24,316 nucleotides of DNA from an uncultured delta proteobacterium (GTDB taxonomy: Bacteria > Desulfobacterota > Syntrophia > Syntrophales > UBA2185): NCBI GenBank assembly GCA_963695875.1, contig CAVOID010000002.1, positions 1-24,316 of the forward strand. The letters run 5' to 3'. Shown piece by piece: positions 8,372-20,136 of this stretch. Within the stretch, counting starts at the first letter, position 1, and each line of letters starts with the position of its first letter. A model generated the notes under the pieces. The model was not told the DNA's origin, made no database searches, and was given only the letters and a program-made list of their open reading frames with translations. The position numbers and the translations under genes were made by a program.

Positions 8372-9737
8372 ATGCAGAAATCAATACTTATTGTAGATGA
8401 TGAAAAGAGTATATGCCAGTCTTTAGGCTCGATTCTTGCTGATGAGGGATATGAAATCCTATCCGCAGGTAGTGGAGAGGAAGCCATGAAAATAATCGAA
8501 GAAGAACCTCCCAGTCTTATTATCCTTGACATATGGCTTCCTGGGATTGATGGCATAGAAACCCTTAAGGTAATCAAATCGCGATACCCGCAGATGCGGG
8601 TTATAATGATATCCGGTCATGGGACGATTGAAACAGCGGTCAAGGCTACGAAACTTGGGGCTTTTGATTTTTTTGAAAAGCCCTTATCCATGGAGAAGGT
8701 GATCCTCGTTGTTAATCACGTGTTCGAGCTGATACAGTTAGAAGAGGAAAATAAATTATTAAAACAGAAAATCAGTCAGGACTATGAGCTTACTGGCACC
8801 AGTGCACCGATCCTCGAGTTAAAAGAAATGATCAGCATTGTTGCACCTACGAATGCGTGGATTTTAATTATGGGGGAAAATGGGACAGGTAAGGAACTTG
8901 TTGCCCGGTCGATACATAGACTGAGTAAGAGGGCCTACAAGCCTTTTGTTGAAGTTAATTGTGCAGCTATACCTGAAGACTTGATTGAAAGTGAACTTTT
9001 CGGCCATGAAAAGGGTGCCTTTACAGGTGCAACTGAAAAAAAGAGGGGTAAGTTTGATCTGGCGCATGAAGGGACACTCTTTCTTGATGAAGTTGCTGAC
9101 ATGAGCCTGAAGGCCCAGGCAAAGATTCTCAGAATTCTCCAGGAGAAGAAATTTGAAAGAGTGGGAGGAAACAACCTTATCCCTACAGATGTCAGGGTAC
9201 TTGCAGCTACTAACAAGGACCTTGAACAAGAAATGGAGGCAGGGAGATTTAGACAGGATCTTTACTACAGGCTCAATGTCATCCCTCTGAGAGTCCCTCC
9301 GTTGAGGGAAAGGAAGGAGGACATTCCTGTATTGGTAAATTGGTTTTTAAAAGAATTTACCCTTAAAGAACGTGTGGAAGAAAAAACAATATCAGATGAC
9401 GCTTTGGCAATATTAATGGAACATGATTGGCCTGGTAATGTAAGGGAATTGAAGAACTATTATTGAACGTCTTGTCATCATGATTCCGCGTAATGAGATA
9501 TCAGCAAAAGATATTCCTCCGTTAGCTGAAAACCATCAAACGCCCGATTTAACTGTTCCGTGGCTTGCATCAGGCTCTTTCAGAACAGCGAAGACGGATT
9601 TTGAAAAAAAATACATCATGAAAAAACTGCAGGAGTTTGACGGAAATATCTCAAAGACAGCGGAGGCCATTGGTATAGAGCGCAGTAATCTCCACAGAAA
9701 AATCAAGAGGTTCGGTCTCGACGATTTATCAAAATAA
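8372..9737 (+). CDS. ntrX: NtrX-like sigma-54-dependent response regulator (one frameshift near 9458, probably a sequencing error)
   Basis: Receiver domain (ILIVDDE, LDIWLP), GENGTGKE, ESELFGHEKGAFTGA, LFLDEV, WPGNVRELKN. Removing one base in aactattattgaa restores N-I-I-E-R-L-V-I-M and joins the Fis-type HTH ORF at 9480-9737. Confidence 0.9.
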
Positions 9738-9762
9738 ATACAAACAGGAATCGTATCTGTCT

Positions 9763-10735
9763 TTATTTATCTTGTCGGCTTAGATCTGATAAAGAAAATT
9801 TATTAAATGGCAGAAACATCATTCCCAGGATTATTACAATTCCCACGGCTATAAAGTGAAAGATGACTGAGAAGGCAAAAGCGTCTGCCTTGGGGATGTC
9901 GAATAGAGAAAGCCCCAGGATACATGAATAATGCCAATTTCCGATCAAACCAGGCGCCGTAGGTATCGTGATTCCTATCATAAGAACAATCATCACGACA
10001 AAGGCAGCGGCCGGAGGCAGGGTAAATCCGAAGGCTAGAAACATTAAATAGATTGCTGTTACATCAATCAGCCATATCAGGATAGATAGAAGTGCGACAT
10101 AGAGAAAAAGTTTAATATCAATTATTATTTTGAATCCGTCAATAAATTGGTGGAACAAATGATTCAGCTTCAGTGTATATTTTTCAGGAAGTTTCCGGAA
10201 AAGTGAATTTAAGGCCCTGAGAGACACTTCTCTTTTCATTATCATGAAAATCATGACTGCAAATATAATAAGGGTAATCAAGAGAAAAACAACGCCGGAC
10301 TTGATCAGCCATGTCGGCAATGGTATAAAGAATAACGCAAATAACAAAAATGAATAACACTGTGAGGCAATCGAAAACACGCTCCACCAAAATAGTGCCA
10401 ACGGCAGCGGACATTCCGATCTGACTTTTGTTTGCAATCAAGTAAGGACGTGCCAGCTCACCTATCCTCGCGGGGAAGGCTATAATAGCTAAAAATCCTA
10501 CACTTGTTACGGAAAAGAGAGAAAGCTGATCAACCTTTTCCATGGGACTGAGTATGACTCCCCAGCGCCAGGATCTCAAGGCCTGCATCAGGAGTAGGAT
10601 TATCAGGACGGACAGCACATATCCATATCGGACGGTCTTAAACCCAGTAGCGACATCTTGAAAATTAATTCCCCTGATAGATAGATAAACAAGAGCAGCA
10701 CCGAAGATAATTCCCACCGTCAGCTTCTTTTTCAT
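9763..10735 (-). CDS. UPF0104 / lysylphosphatidylglycerol-synthase-TM flippase-like membrane protein (frameshift near 10340)
   Basis: The N-terminal ORF has LRSWRW, FPARIGELARPY and TILVERVFD. The C-terminal ORF has IPTAPGLIGNWH. Both are highly hydrophobic. Confidence 0.85.
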
Positions 10736-10781
10736 CACACATTCCAATCAATGGACAAAGACGATAACGATCTCATTACAT

Positions 10782-11178
10782 TCATTGTTTGAGATTAGCG
10801 CTATATCCTGTCATTGAGGAGCTGGGATGAAAGCTTATTACCCATAATGCCGACACGTGTGGCAACAGTGGTCACATTTTTGTCTTTATAAGCAACCGTA
10901 AACTGAACTTTTTCATCGTTAATGATCGCAGAAATCGTTCCTGTACCGATCCCCTTGATTGGTTCAACATCTAAACCGTGCATATCCGCTACAGTTTTCT
11001 CACAGGCAGACCATACCCTATCAAAAGGATAGTAGTAATCTGTCTTTCCCTCACCATTAATGTAGAAATAGGTTCCCGAACCTGCCCCAACTGCAACGAC
11101 ACCAAGTCCCAGGACGGCACAACCGGAAATGAAAAAAATACCCATGACTAATAATAACAAATATATTCGTTTAACCAT
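10782..11178 (-). CDS. DUF3568-like lipoprotein
   Basis: SD aaaggagc before ATG 11178; lipobox ISG-C; glycine-rich GVVAVGAGSGTY; ATRVGIMGNK. The stop as read is at 10801; removing one base extends it to ...RISANLKQ* ending at 10782. Confidence 0.7.
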
Positions 11179-11454
11179 AAGCGCTCCTTTCCATATGAAA
11201 TTATCTGGATTACAATACTTTCTCAGCTTCTCGGATGGAATCTCCGTGAAACCCATGCGTTACGAATTTTAAAGCTCAGGTGAATGACAAGACATTCTAA
11301 CGTCAACCAATGCTCTTATATAAATTATGTTTTTCCAATTGTCCATTTTTTATTATTGGGATGTTTGTATGGGTCTAGCTGTTCAGGTATTTGGTATGGC
11401 AAGCTTTGAAGTATATTTCAAAATTACTAATCTACAGACTCAATAGAAATATGA

Positions 11455-12513
11455 CTACTCGCCGCGTAATTTGGCAAATTCTTTGAGAAGTTCTTCCTGC
11501 TTTCTATTTAGATCAGTAGGTATCTTAACCACAGTTTCAACAACCTGATCTCCACGCCCGAATCCCCTTAAGTGAGGAATACCCTTCCCCTTTAGATAAA
11601 ATATGGCGCCGTTCTGCGTTCCCTTCGGAATCTTGATCTTTTCTGTACCGTTCAGGGTCGGCACCTCAATAGTTGCTCCCAGGGTTGCCTCGACGAATGA
11701 AATTGTAATCTGGCAGTATATATTATTATCCTGTCGTTCAAATAATTCATGTGGCTCCACATGGATAAATACATAGAGATCACCGTTCGGTCCGCCATAT
11801 TCTCCTTCTTCGCCTTCTCCACGAAGTCTCAAACGGGAACCCATTTCAACACCAGCAGGAATCTTTAGGTGGACAGTTTTAGTAACTTCCCCCCTGCCTG
11901 TTCCTCTGCAGTTCTTACATGGCTTGTTAATGACTCTTCCCTGTCCCCTGCACTGGGGACACGTAGTGCTGATGGTGAAGAAGCCGCTTGATTGCGTTAC
12001 CTGACCCCTGCCGTTACATTGGCGGCATGTTTCCGGTGCAGTACCTGGTGCTGCTCCTGATCCCTTGCATTCATGGCATCTCTCTGCTTTTGTCACTTCA
12101 ATATCGGTTGAGGTACCAAAGGCCGCATCCATGAATGATATATTAAGATCATACCGGAGATCAGCCCCGGAGCGCTGCGCTGTTCTTGTCCTTGATCTGC
12201 CCGTTCCGAAACCGAAGATATCATCAAAGATATCACTGAAGCTTGAAAAGATATCGTCAAAACCGGAAAAGCCTTTAAATCCTATTCCATTCAGACCCTC
12301 ATGGCCGTAGCGGTCATAAATCTCTCTTTTTTCCCTATCACTTAAGACCTCGTACGCCTCTGCTGCCTCTTTGAAGTTTTCCTCAGCTTCTTTATCACCC
12401 GGGTTTCTGTCCGGATGATACTGCATTGCCAGTTTTCTGTAATTTTTTTTTATTTCCTCTTCCGTAGCGTTTCGCTCTACTTGGAGGCATTCATAATAAC
12501 AGCGCTTTGTCAT
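11455..12513 (-). CDS. dnaJ: Molecular chaperone DnaJ
   Basis: J domain with HPD, G/F-rich linker, four CxxCxGxG repeats and the C-terminal domain. Confidence 0.97.
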   Translation of the reverse strand: MTKRCYYECLQVERNATEEEIKKNYRKLAMQYHPDRNPGDKEAEENFKEAAEAYEVLSDREKREIYDRYGHEGLNGIGFKGFSGFDDIFSSFSDIFDDIFGFGTGRSRTRTAQRSGADLRYDLNISFMDAAFGTSTDIEVTKAERCHECKGSGAAPGTAPETCRQCNGRGQVTQSSGFFTISTTCPQCRGQGRVINKPCKNCRGTGRGEVTKTVHLKIPAGVEMGSRLRLRGEGEEGEYGGPNGDLYVFIHVEPHELFERQDNNIYCQITISFVEATLGATIEVPTLNGTEKIKIPKGTQNGAIFYLKGKGIPHLRGFGRGDQVVETVVKIPTDLNRKQEELLKEFAKLRGE

Positions 12514-12749
12514 GCAGATGTATCTCTTCCTCTGATATGTTTATTTCTTTTATTCTTTCGATCATAGAATCTGTTACCTTTTCAAAAGCGTAAAGGCGAA
12601 AAGAGAATTTATTAAAATCAAATGGGTGCTATATGTTAATAATCTGCTGTATTTTTCTATAGCCGGGCAACTTTTTAATATTCTCTAAATATATCGTTAA
12701 TAACTTAATAACATTTTTTGCCATGTCAAGATGATGCCTCAAGGATATG

Positions 12750-13649
12750 TTATTTGATAAGTCGATTCAGGACTTCCTCATACTTTTCCTCTTGTTTTTT
12801 CAATAATCTCCTTGGGAAGTACCGGGGCGGGCGGTTTTTGATTCCAGTTGAGGGAAATGAGATAATCCCTCAGGAACTGTTTGTCAAAACTCTTTTGGGG
12901 TCTTCCCGTCTTCGTAGTCCTCTTTGGGCCAGAATCTTGATGAATCCGGCGTTAATAATTCATCAATCAGGATCAGTCTGATCTTCAATTATTCCAAATT
13001 CCATCTTGGTGTCCGCAATAATTATACCCGCTTCTTCGGCAATCTTCGATGCCCTGTGCATACACGGCGATGCTTATTTCAATGATTCTTGTCAGTGCGT
13101 TCAGAACCGATGATGTCTTCCATTTCTTTTCTTGTTATTGCCATGTCATGCTTCGCCTGTCGGGGCTTTGGTGGAAGGTGTAAACAGAGGGTTCTGAAAG
13201 TTTCGAGGATTCTTTTAATCCTCCCGGGAGCTTGATGCCGGAGATACGTTTTACTCTGAAGATAATCCTTCCATCCCGAACCGCTAAGGTATCCACGCAC
13301 GACACATTCTACAGGAAGAGGCTTCGCTTTTTTCACCAGCATGCTCCTTCCCTGTAAGTTCCTTCTCGATAAGGACGGCACTCTCGGGGGAAATCGAGGG
13401 GGTCGGTTGATACAAGATGATTTTCGACAATATCTTTCATTCGTTCAAACCAGAAGACGGACATTCTCGTGAGGATTTCACCCTTGCCCGGAATAGGATT
13501 CGGCATTATGACATCAAAAGCAGATATCCTGTCTGTCGTGACAATGAGGAGGTAATCATCCACTTTATAGATATCACGCACCTTTCCCTTGCTTGAGTAA
13601 TTTTAGACCCTTAAAATTTGTTGAGATTAAGCCCTCAGGGATTCATCAT
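12750..13649 (-). CDS. purC: SAICAR synthetase PurC (several frameshifts)
   Basis: Fragments RDIY...[50 protein letters not shown] and ...[10 protein letters not shown] lie in different frames. Confidence 0.9.
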
Positions 13650-13664
13650 AAGTCTTTCCGCAGT

Positions 13665-14296
13665 TTATCTCAGAAAAGGATTGTACATCTTTTCATGACC
13701 TATGGTTGACGTTGGCATCCTTCCGTAGTTATGTCCCGGCATTACTTTCGTGTCATCGGGCAGTGTACATAGTTTTTCTATAATAGGACTGGTGCATCAC
13801 CGGCCATGATCCTCCGGGGAGGTCAGTTCTTCCCACAGCTTCTACAAAGAGGGTATCTCCCGTGAATACATATCCTTTTGTATAGAGAGACATGCCGCCG
13901 GGGGAATGTCCGGGCGTATGAATGACCTTTAGGGAAACGTTTCCTACGGTTATATTATCGCCGTCGTTTACGGTAATATCGGCAGGCGGGGATTGTTTGG
14001 CCCCGAACATCCGGAAGATCGCAGACGGTGTGAACACAAGCAATGTCTGCATCATCATTGTGGACAATAATCTGTGCTCCCGTTTTGGCTTTCATTTCTG
14101 TATTGCCCGCTATATGATCGACATGGCCGTGAGTATTAACAATATATTTTATTTTTATATTGTTTTTTTTGCCGTCTTAAATGATACCGTCAACGTTTGC
14201 CGCCGGATCAATGACCAGCCCTTCGCCACTTTCCGGATCACCCACGATATAGGCAAATACCGCCATCTGACCAACCTGCATCTGCTTTAGAAACAT
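13665..14296 (-). CDS. MBL-fold metallo-hydrolase (glyoxalase II-like; frameshifted)
   Basis: Start [24 protein letters not shown] (HxHxDH), [29 protein letters not shown], end EKMYNPFLR*. Confidence 0.88.
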
Positions 14297-14373
14297 TGAA
14301 ATTTCCTCCGACGCCCACCTAACATGTTTGCGTTTTTACAGTCAATGAAATTCGGCCCTGACTGTTATTCCTC

Positions 14374-14783
14374 CTACTCCCATCCCAAGGGATCATATCC
14401 CCGTTCTCTCAGACATCGCTCCACAAACCTTTTATGGATCGGGCTCGGCCGTGACGCCTTGGAAATCCCCCTTACGAGGCCGGCAGTGCCGCCAGTTGCT
14501 GCTCCGATTGCGGCCCCTGTTTTTAAATTGCCGGTGACAGCTCCTCCCGCAGCTCCCCGATTACCGTACCCGCAGCTCCACCAGCGACCGTGCTTTTTGC
14601 CACTTTTTTGCCGGCATCTGATTTGACGTATGCGGCGGCCAGACGGTCACATTCTTCAATGTCCCTCCGGGCCTGTTCCTCCCCAACCATTTTGAGGTGT
14701 TCATTGGGATAGAGAACCGGCCCATGCGATGCACAATTTGATGCCAGCAGAATGGTGACTAATACGAGGAATTTTATCATCAT
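14374..14783 (-). CDS. Glycine-zipper domain exported/lipoprotein (one G missing in a homopolymer near 14557)
   Basis: Signal peptide with Cys (LLASN-C), PVLYPNEH, GGAAG repeats. The second frame continues ...GAAIGAATGGTAG...FVERCLRERGYDPLGWE*. Confidence 0.75.
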
Positions 14784-14821
14784 CTGCCTCCATTGAAAGT
14801 CTTTAACTGATCATTACGGTT

Positions 14822-16179
14822 TTATCTTTTGTCCATTTTTTTGACAAGCACCGCCCCGAAGAAACCATCAGTCCCGTGCTTATGGGGAGAGCTTCTAAAA
14901 TATCCCCGATCATCAACAAAAAATGAATTTATCGCACCTGGGGGATGAATACAAATGAAATCCCGGTGATGGGACATGAAATCCTCGACAACCTCTTCAT
15001 TCTCCTCCGTTGCAATAGTGCAGGTGCTGTAAATGAGACAGCCGCCTTTCTTCAAACACCGCGCTGCATTGGCCAGTACGTCTTTTTGCAGAACGGAGAA
15101 TTTTTTTGAGCCTCCCTCCGTGATGCGCCATTTTATTTCGGGATTTCTCCTGAGGGTGCCGAGACCAGTGCATGGTGCGTCAACGAGGATTCTGTCGAAA
15201 CTACCATAGAAGGATTCTCCCGGCGTTTCTCGAGCGTCCCCGCTTTGGGTATCGATATTGGTGGCGCCGAGTCTCCCGGCGTTTTTCCTCAGAGCCATGA
15301 TTCTTTTCTCACTGATGTCGAGCGCTGTAATGCGGCCCCTGTTATTCATGATGGCCGCAAGATGAGTTGTTTTTCCGCCTGTGCCCGCGCAGACGTCTAG
15401 AACATTTTCCCCCGGTTTTGGATCGACGAGACGCGAGATCAGTTGTGATGCTTCGTCCTGAATCTGAAAGTGTCCCGCCTTATAGAAGGCCATTTGCCCT
15501 TACGGGTATTCCCTGGTGGGACACAATAAGGCCGTCGGCAGAAAAACCGGTAGCTTTCATTTCCATACCCTGTCGGGAGCATTCGTCTATCAGCTTTTCT
15601 CTGTTTGTCTTCAGAGTGTTAACCCGTATGACTACCGGGGGGATTTCATTATTCGCTTTGCACAGCAGGGCGGCTTCTTCGACACCAAATGTCCCAATCC
15701 ATTTTCTTACCATCCACAACGGGTGTGAATGGAAAACAGATATGTGGCATGCGGGATCCTCCTCGATGTCGGGATACACAAATCCGCCCCTTTTGCGGAT
15801 GGCATTTCTCAAGTACCGCATTGACGAGTCCAGATCCTGCCGGGTTAGTCTTTTTGGCTATCTCTACGGCCTCATCCACGATGGCAAAATCCGGTATCCT
15901 GTCGGTGAAAAGCAACTGGTAGAGACCTGCCCTCAGTATATTTTTTATACTGACATCCATGGAAAGAAAGTCACCTTTATATAATTGATCAATGATCCAG
16001 TCCAGGCGCCCTCTCATTCTAAGGGTGCCATAGACTATATGGGTGATCAGACTTCTGTCATGGATATTCATCTGGTGCGCATGCGAAAGAGCGGCATCCA
16101 GCATGGGTTCTGCAAATGCATCCTGTTCCTCCACGCGATTGAGAATTTCCAATACGATATGGCGTGGTGTCTTCTTCAT
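14822..16179 (-). CDS. rsmB: 16S rRNA m5C967 methyltransferase RsmB (frameshifts near 15810 and 15490)
   Basis: NusB-like N-terminal domain (YGTLR, GLVNAVL), HSHPLWMV, IQDEASQL, VLDVCAGTGGKT, LVDAPCTGLGTLRRNPEIKW, YSTCT, DGFFGA; lies downstream of fmt. Confidence 0.93.
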
Positions 16180-16184
16180 CGTAT

Positions 16185-17123
16185 TCAGTCCAGGACATCA
16201 CCGGGCGGTATGTGGAAGCCTCTCAGAAAATCGTGGACGGACATCCTCTTCTTATTTTCCAGTTGAATGTCCGTCAAATACACATAGCCGTTCCTTGCTG
16301 CGATGGGCAGACCTACTGACGTTTCGCTTCCGACCTTTCCCGGAGTCTCCGTAACAGGCACTTCTTCTGCCTTGGCTGAGAATATCTTCAGCATCTTTCC
16401 CTTATAAGAGGTATGTGCACAAGGTACAGGCGAGAGCCCCCTAATCAGGTTGACAATCTGATAGACGTCCACGTTCCATCGGATCAGGCCGTCCTCTTTC
16501 TTCAGCCTGGGCGCGTACGTGGCCAGAGAATCATCTTGCAATGTGCGAGTTACAGTGCCGCTGGTAATCATCTTCACCGTTTTGAGAAGAAGAGCCGCAC
16601 CCATATTCGCCAGACGGTCATGAAGTTCACCGAAGGATTCGTCCGCAACGATCATGGTTTCTTCCTGTGAAAGGATATCGCCTGTATCCAGGCCCTCATC
16701 CATGAGCATGATGGTTACGCCGGTTTTAACTTCCCCGCGGATAATGATCCAGTTCATCGGTGCGGCGCCCCTGTATTTTGGCAGGAGTGACGGATGTACA
16801 TTAATACATCCCATTTTCGGAATCTCAAGAATCTTACGGGGAAGTATCTGGCCGAAGGCGGCAACGACAACCAGATCAGGAGAAAGGCTTCTGAAATAAT
16901 CTATGACTTCCCGATCCTTGACACGTTCCGGCTGGCTGACAGGAAGATGATATTTTTCAGCGATGACCTTTACCGGCGGCAGTGCAGGGATCCTGCCTCT
17001 CCCCCTTGGCCTGTCCGGCTGGGTGACAACTCCTGCAATCGGATAATCGTGCCTGATCAGTATCTCAAGGGAAGGAACCGCGAATTCCGGTGTTCCCATG
17101 AAGACTATTTTCGGCCTGGACAT
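16185..17123 (-). CDS. fmt: Methionyl-tRNA formyltransferase
   Basis: IVFMGTPEFA, VVTQPDRPRGRG, INVHPSLLPKYRGAAP, MDEGLDTGD. Confidence 0.98.
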   Translation of the reverse strand: MSRPKIVFMGTPEFAVPSLEILIRHDYPIAGVVTQPDRPRGRGRIPALPPVKVIAEKYHLPVSQPERVKDREVIDYFRSLSPDLVVVAAFGQILPRKILEIPKMGCINVHPSLLPKYRGAAPMNWIIIRGEVKTGVTIMLMDEGLDTGDILSQEETMIVADESFGELHDRLANMGAALLLKTVKMITSGTVTRTLQDDSLATYAPRLKKEDGLIRWNVDVYQIVNLIRGLSPVPCAHTSYKGKMLKIFSAKAEEVPVTETPGKVGSETSVGLPIAARNGYVYLTDIQLENKKRMSVHDFLRGFHIPPGDVLD

Positions 17124-17160
17124 CTCTTCAATCGTTCTTCTTCCTCAAAATGATTATTTC

Positions 17161-17198
17161 TTGACAGGTAGTTACATTTAACCTAAAAAATTTGTCAA
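17161..17198. promoter_or_regulatory. Overlapping divergent sigma-70 promoter candidates (fmt / thioesterase)
   Basis: TTGACA at 17161-17166 on + and TTGACA on - (tgtcaa 17193-17198); the -10 matches are imperfect. Confidence 0.4.
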
Positions 17199-17270
17199 AA
17201 CAAGTGTATATTAATAAAGAATCATTGCGGATGAGAGCTAGAGACTGCAATGCCGCGATAGGAGCTAAAT

Positions 17271-17741
17271 ATGTCGGGACAAAACAGCATTTCGCCTGTC
17301 TACAGGTATGAAATTACGGTGCCGAAAGAAGCGCTTGACGAGAATGGTCACGTAAACAACGTGGAATATGTCCACTGGATGCAGGAGGCCGCCGTTCGCC
17401 ATTCGGACAGCCGTGGATGTACCGAGGCTACAAAGGCCGCCGGTGCGATATGGGTAGTACGAATGCATCGGATAGAATATCTCCGGCCCGCCTTTGTAGG
17501 AGAGGAGATCAGCGTCCTGACTTGGGTCGCCAACTTTCGGAGGGTGCTGACTCTCAGAAAATACAGATTCGTTCGCGTTCACGACAATGCCATTATTGCC
17601 GAGGGTGAGACTGATTGGGTTTTCGTGGACATTGTCAGCGGCAAACCGCGCTCTATACCGAAAGAAGTGTCATCAGCTTTTGTCGTGTTGCCGGATGATA
17701 AGGAAACAGAATACCTCACTCGGATCAATGGATCGAAATAG
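17271..17741 (+). CDS. Acyl-CoA thioesterase (hot-dog fold, 4HBT/YbgC-like)
   Basis: DENGHVNNVEYVHWMQEAA, WVVRMHRIEYLRPAF, ETDWVFVD; SD aggag. Confidence 0.9.
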   Translation: MSGQNSISPVYRYEITVPKEALDENGHVNNVEYVHWMQEAAVRHSDSRGCTEATKAAGAIWVVRMHRIEYLRPAFVGEEISVLTWVANFRRVLTLRKYRFVRVHDNAIIAEGETDWVFVDIVSGKPRSIPKEVSSAFVVLPDDKETEYLTRINGSK

Positions 17742-17821
17742 GCATAGAATCGCACAAGCGTTTATGATGTGAGAGAAGGAATCATCCCGCTGATGAAAAG
17801 GGGTTGATCGTCGCGCAGAAG

Positions 17822-17858
17822 AAGAAAGGGCAGGAATTTTAACCCTGCCCTTTCTTTT
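17822..17858. terminator. Bidirectional Rho-independent terminator between the convergent thioesterase and nfnB
   Basis: 13-bp perfect stem aagaaagggcagg / cctgccctttctt with A-rich and T-rich flanks. Confidence 0.85.
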
Positions 17859-17880
17859 CCGATAGCTATTTCAAAAAATA

Positions 17881-19309
17881 TCAGTTTTTTGCTTTCACAA
17901 AAGCATCAATTGCATTGGCTGCCTGTCTCCCGGCGCCCATGGCAAGGATGACGGTTGCCGATCCGGTTACGATATCGCCTCCGGCATAAACGCCTTCGCG
18001 GCTCGTTTCTCCCGTCGCATCCTTTGTCACGATGTAACCCCATTTATTCGTCTCCAGACCTGGCGTCGTTCTCGGTATCACGGGGTTTGCTTCAGTTCCG
18101 ATGGCTACGACAACAGTATCCACGTCAATCGTGAACTCAGACCCCTTTATTGGTATCGGTCTTCGCCTTCCTGAATCATCAGGTTCACCCAACTCCATCC
18201 GGATGCACTTAATCTGTTTCACCCAGCCGTTCTCATCACCGATATACTCAACAGGGTTATGGAGTATCTTGAATTGCACACCTTCTTCGTGGGCATGATG
18301 AACCTCTTCTTTCCTCGCCGGCAATTCCACTTCACTTCGACGATAGATGATATAGGCATTTTCAGCCCCGAGGCGTAGCGCCGTTCTCACCGAATCCATA
18401 GCAACGTTACCCCCGCCGATGACGGCTACGTTCTTGCCTTTCGCGATGGGCGTATCATATTCCGGGAACAGGTAGGCTTTCATCAGGTTTGATCTTGTCA
18501 GATATTCATTTGCAGAATATATACCGCTTAGGTTCTCACCGGGAATATTCATAAACACGGGGGCTCCGGCGCCCACTCCCAGAAACACGGCATGGAATCC
18601 TTCTGCAAAAAGGTCATCCACCGTTTTGAGTCTGCCGATGGCCGCGTTTAGATACGATCTTCGCACCCAGTTTTTCCAGGTAATTTACTTCTGCATCCAC
18701 GATTGCCTTGGGGAGACGAAATTCCGGAATCCCGTAAATCAAAACCCCGCCCGCCTTATGGAGGGCTTCAAATATCGTCACGTCATGTCCCATCTTGACC
18801 AGGTCTCCGGCAATCGTCAGACCTGCCGGCCCGGCCCCCACGATAGCGATTTTTTTACCTGTTGGAGGGGCGACTTTCGGGATCATTATATTGCCTGACT
18901 CACGCTCAAAATCCGCGGCAAAACGTTCCAGCCTCCCAACGGCAACGGGATCGCCTTTCTTACCAAGGATACAGAGTTTCTCACATTGGTCTTCCTGCGG
19001 ACAGACCCTTCCGCAAACGGCAGGAAGGGCATTAGTTTCCTTGAGCTTCCATGCGGCCTCGATGAAGTGCCCTTCTGATATCAGCTTAATGAATTCTGGA
19101 ATAGCTACATCCACTGGGCACCCCTCAACGCAAGTGGGTTTCTTGCATTGAATGCACCTGCTTGCCTCTGCCAAAGCCAGCTCTTTTGTATAGCCGCGGG
19201 GAACCTCGTTAAAGTTCTGAATTCTCTTCTTGGGCTCCTGCTCAGGCATAGCCTGTCGGGGAACTTTCTCCTTTTTCTCTTTCTTTGCAGTTTTTTCTTT
19301 ATTTTCCAT
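17881..19309 (-). CDS. nfnB: NfnB, large subunit of NADH-dependent ferredoxin:NADP+ oxidoreductase (GltD/SudA-like; frameshift near 18650)
   Basis: EASRCIQCKKPTCVEGCPV, CGRVCPQEDQCEKLC, GAGPAG, YGIPEFRLPK, GGGNVAMD, GGDIVTGSATVILAMG; overlaps the end of nfnA. Confidence 0.9.
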
Positions 19310-20136
19310 CGCATGCACACCTATAATTTTGCAAGGCCCGCCTTTCTTCGTCGCAATACATCCTGAGGCGGCTCATTAATAAAGCGAAATCGACTTGATG
19401 GCCGTCAAACTCGGGACCGTCCACACAACCAAATTTTGTTTTGCCTCCCACTGAGACGCGGCAGGCGCCGCACATACCTGTGGCATCCACCATAATCGGG
19501 TTCAGACTCACAATCGTCTTAATGCCGTAAGGTTTCGTTAAATTAGCCAGAACACGCATCATCGGCACCGGCCCGATGGCATACACGATGTCGAGTTTTT
19601 CACCTGAATCGATCACATTCTGCAGCACTTGACTTGTAAACCCGCAGAATCCGTAACTGCCGTCGTCGGTAGAGACAAGCAACTGGTCGCTGACTTTTTT
19701 CATCTCTTCCTCGAGGATCAAGTATGTCCTTAGTCCGCGCCCCGATAATGGATATGACCTTGTTCCCGGCTTTTTTGAGTGCTGCCGCTATGGGATAGGC
19801 CACACCGATACCGACTCCGCCGCCGACAACGGTCGCCGTGCCAAAATTCTCTATCTCCGTGGGGTGGCCAAGGGGTCCCAGTATGTGCATGATGTAATCC
19901 CCTTTTTCCAATTTCGAAAGTTGCTCGGTTGTTTTACCCACGATCTGAAAGATAAGCGTGATCGTTCCTTTGTTGCTGTCAGAATCTACTATGGTCAGAG
20001 GTATCCTTTCTCCCTTTTCATCGATCATCAGAGTAACGAACTGTCCCGCCTTTCTCTTGCGGGCAATCTCAGGAGCCTCAACAACTATTCTGACAATAAT
20101 CTCCTGCAAAAAAGTCTTTTCTATTACCTTGTACAA
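19299..20136 (-). CDS. nfnA: NfnA, small subunit (PyrK/SudB-like FAD/[2Fe-2S]; frameshift near 19720)
   Basis: AGQFV, GERIPLTI, GPLG, VGGGVG, TDDGSYG, GPVPMM, SLNPIMVDATGMCGACRV...CVDGPEFD; TTG start with SD ggag. Confidence 0.9.

Noticed and set aside
17881..19309. Call as the small subunit of glutamate synthase
   Set aside because: No gltB is adjacent, and pairing with a PyrK-like gene carrying DxTGMCGxC indicates NfnAB.
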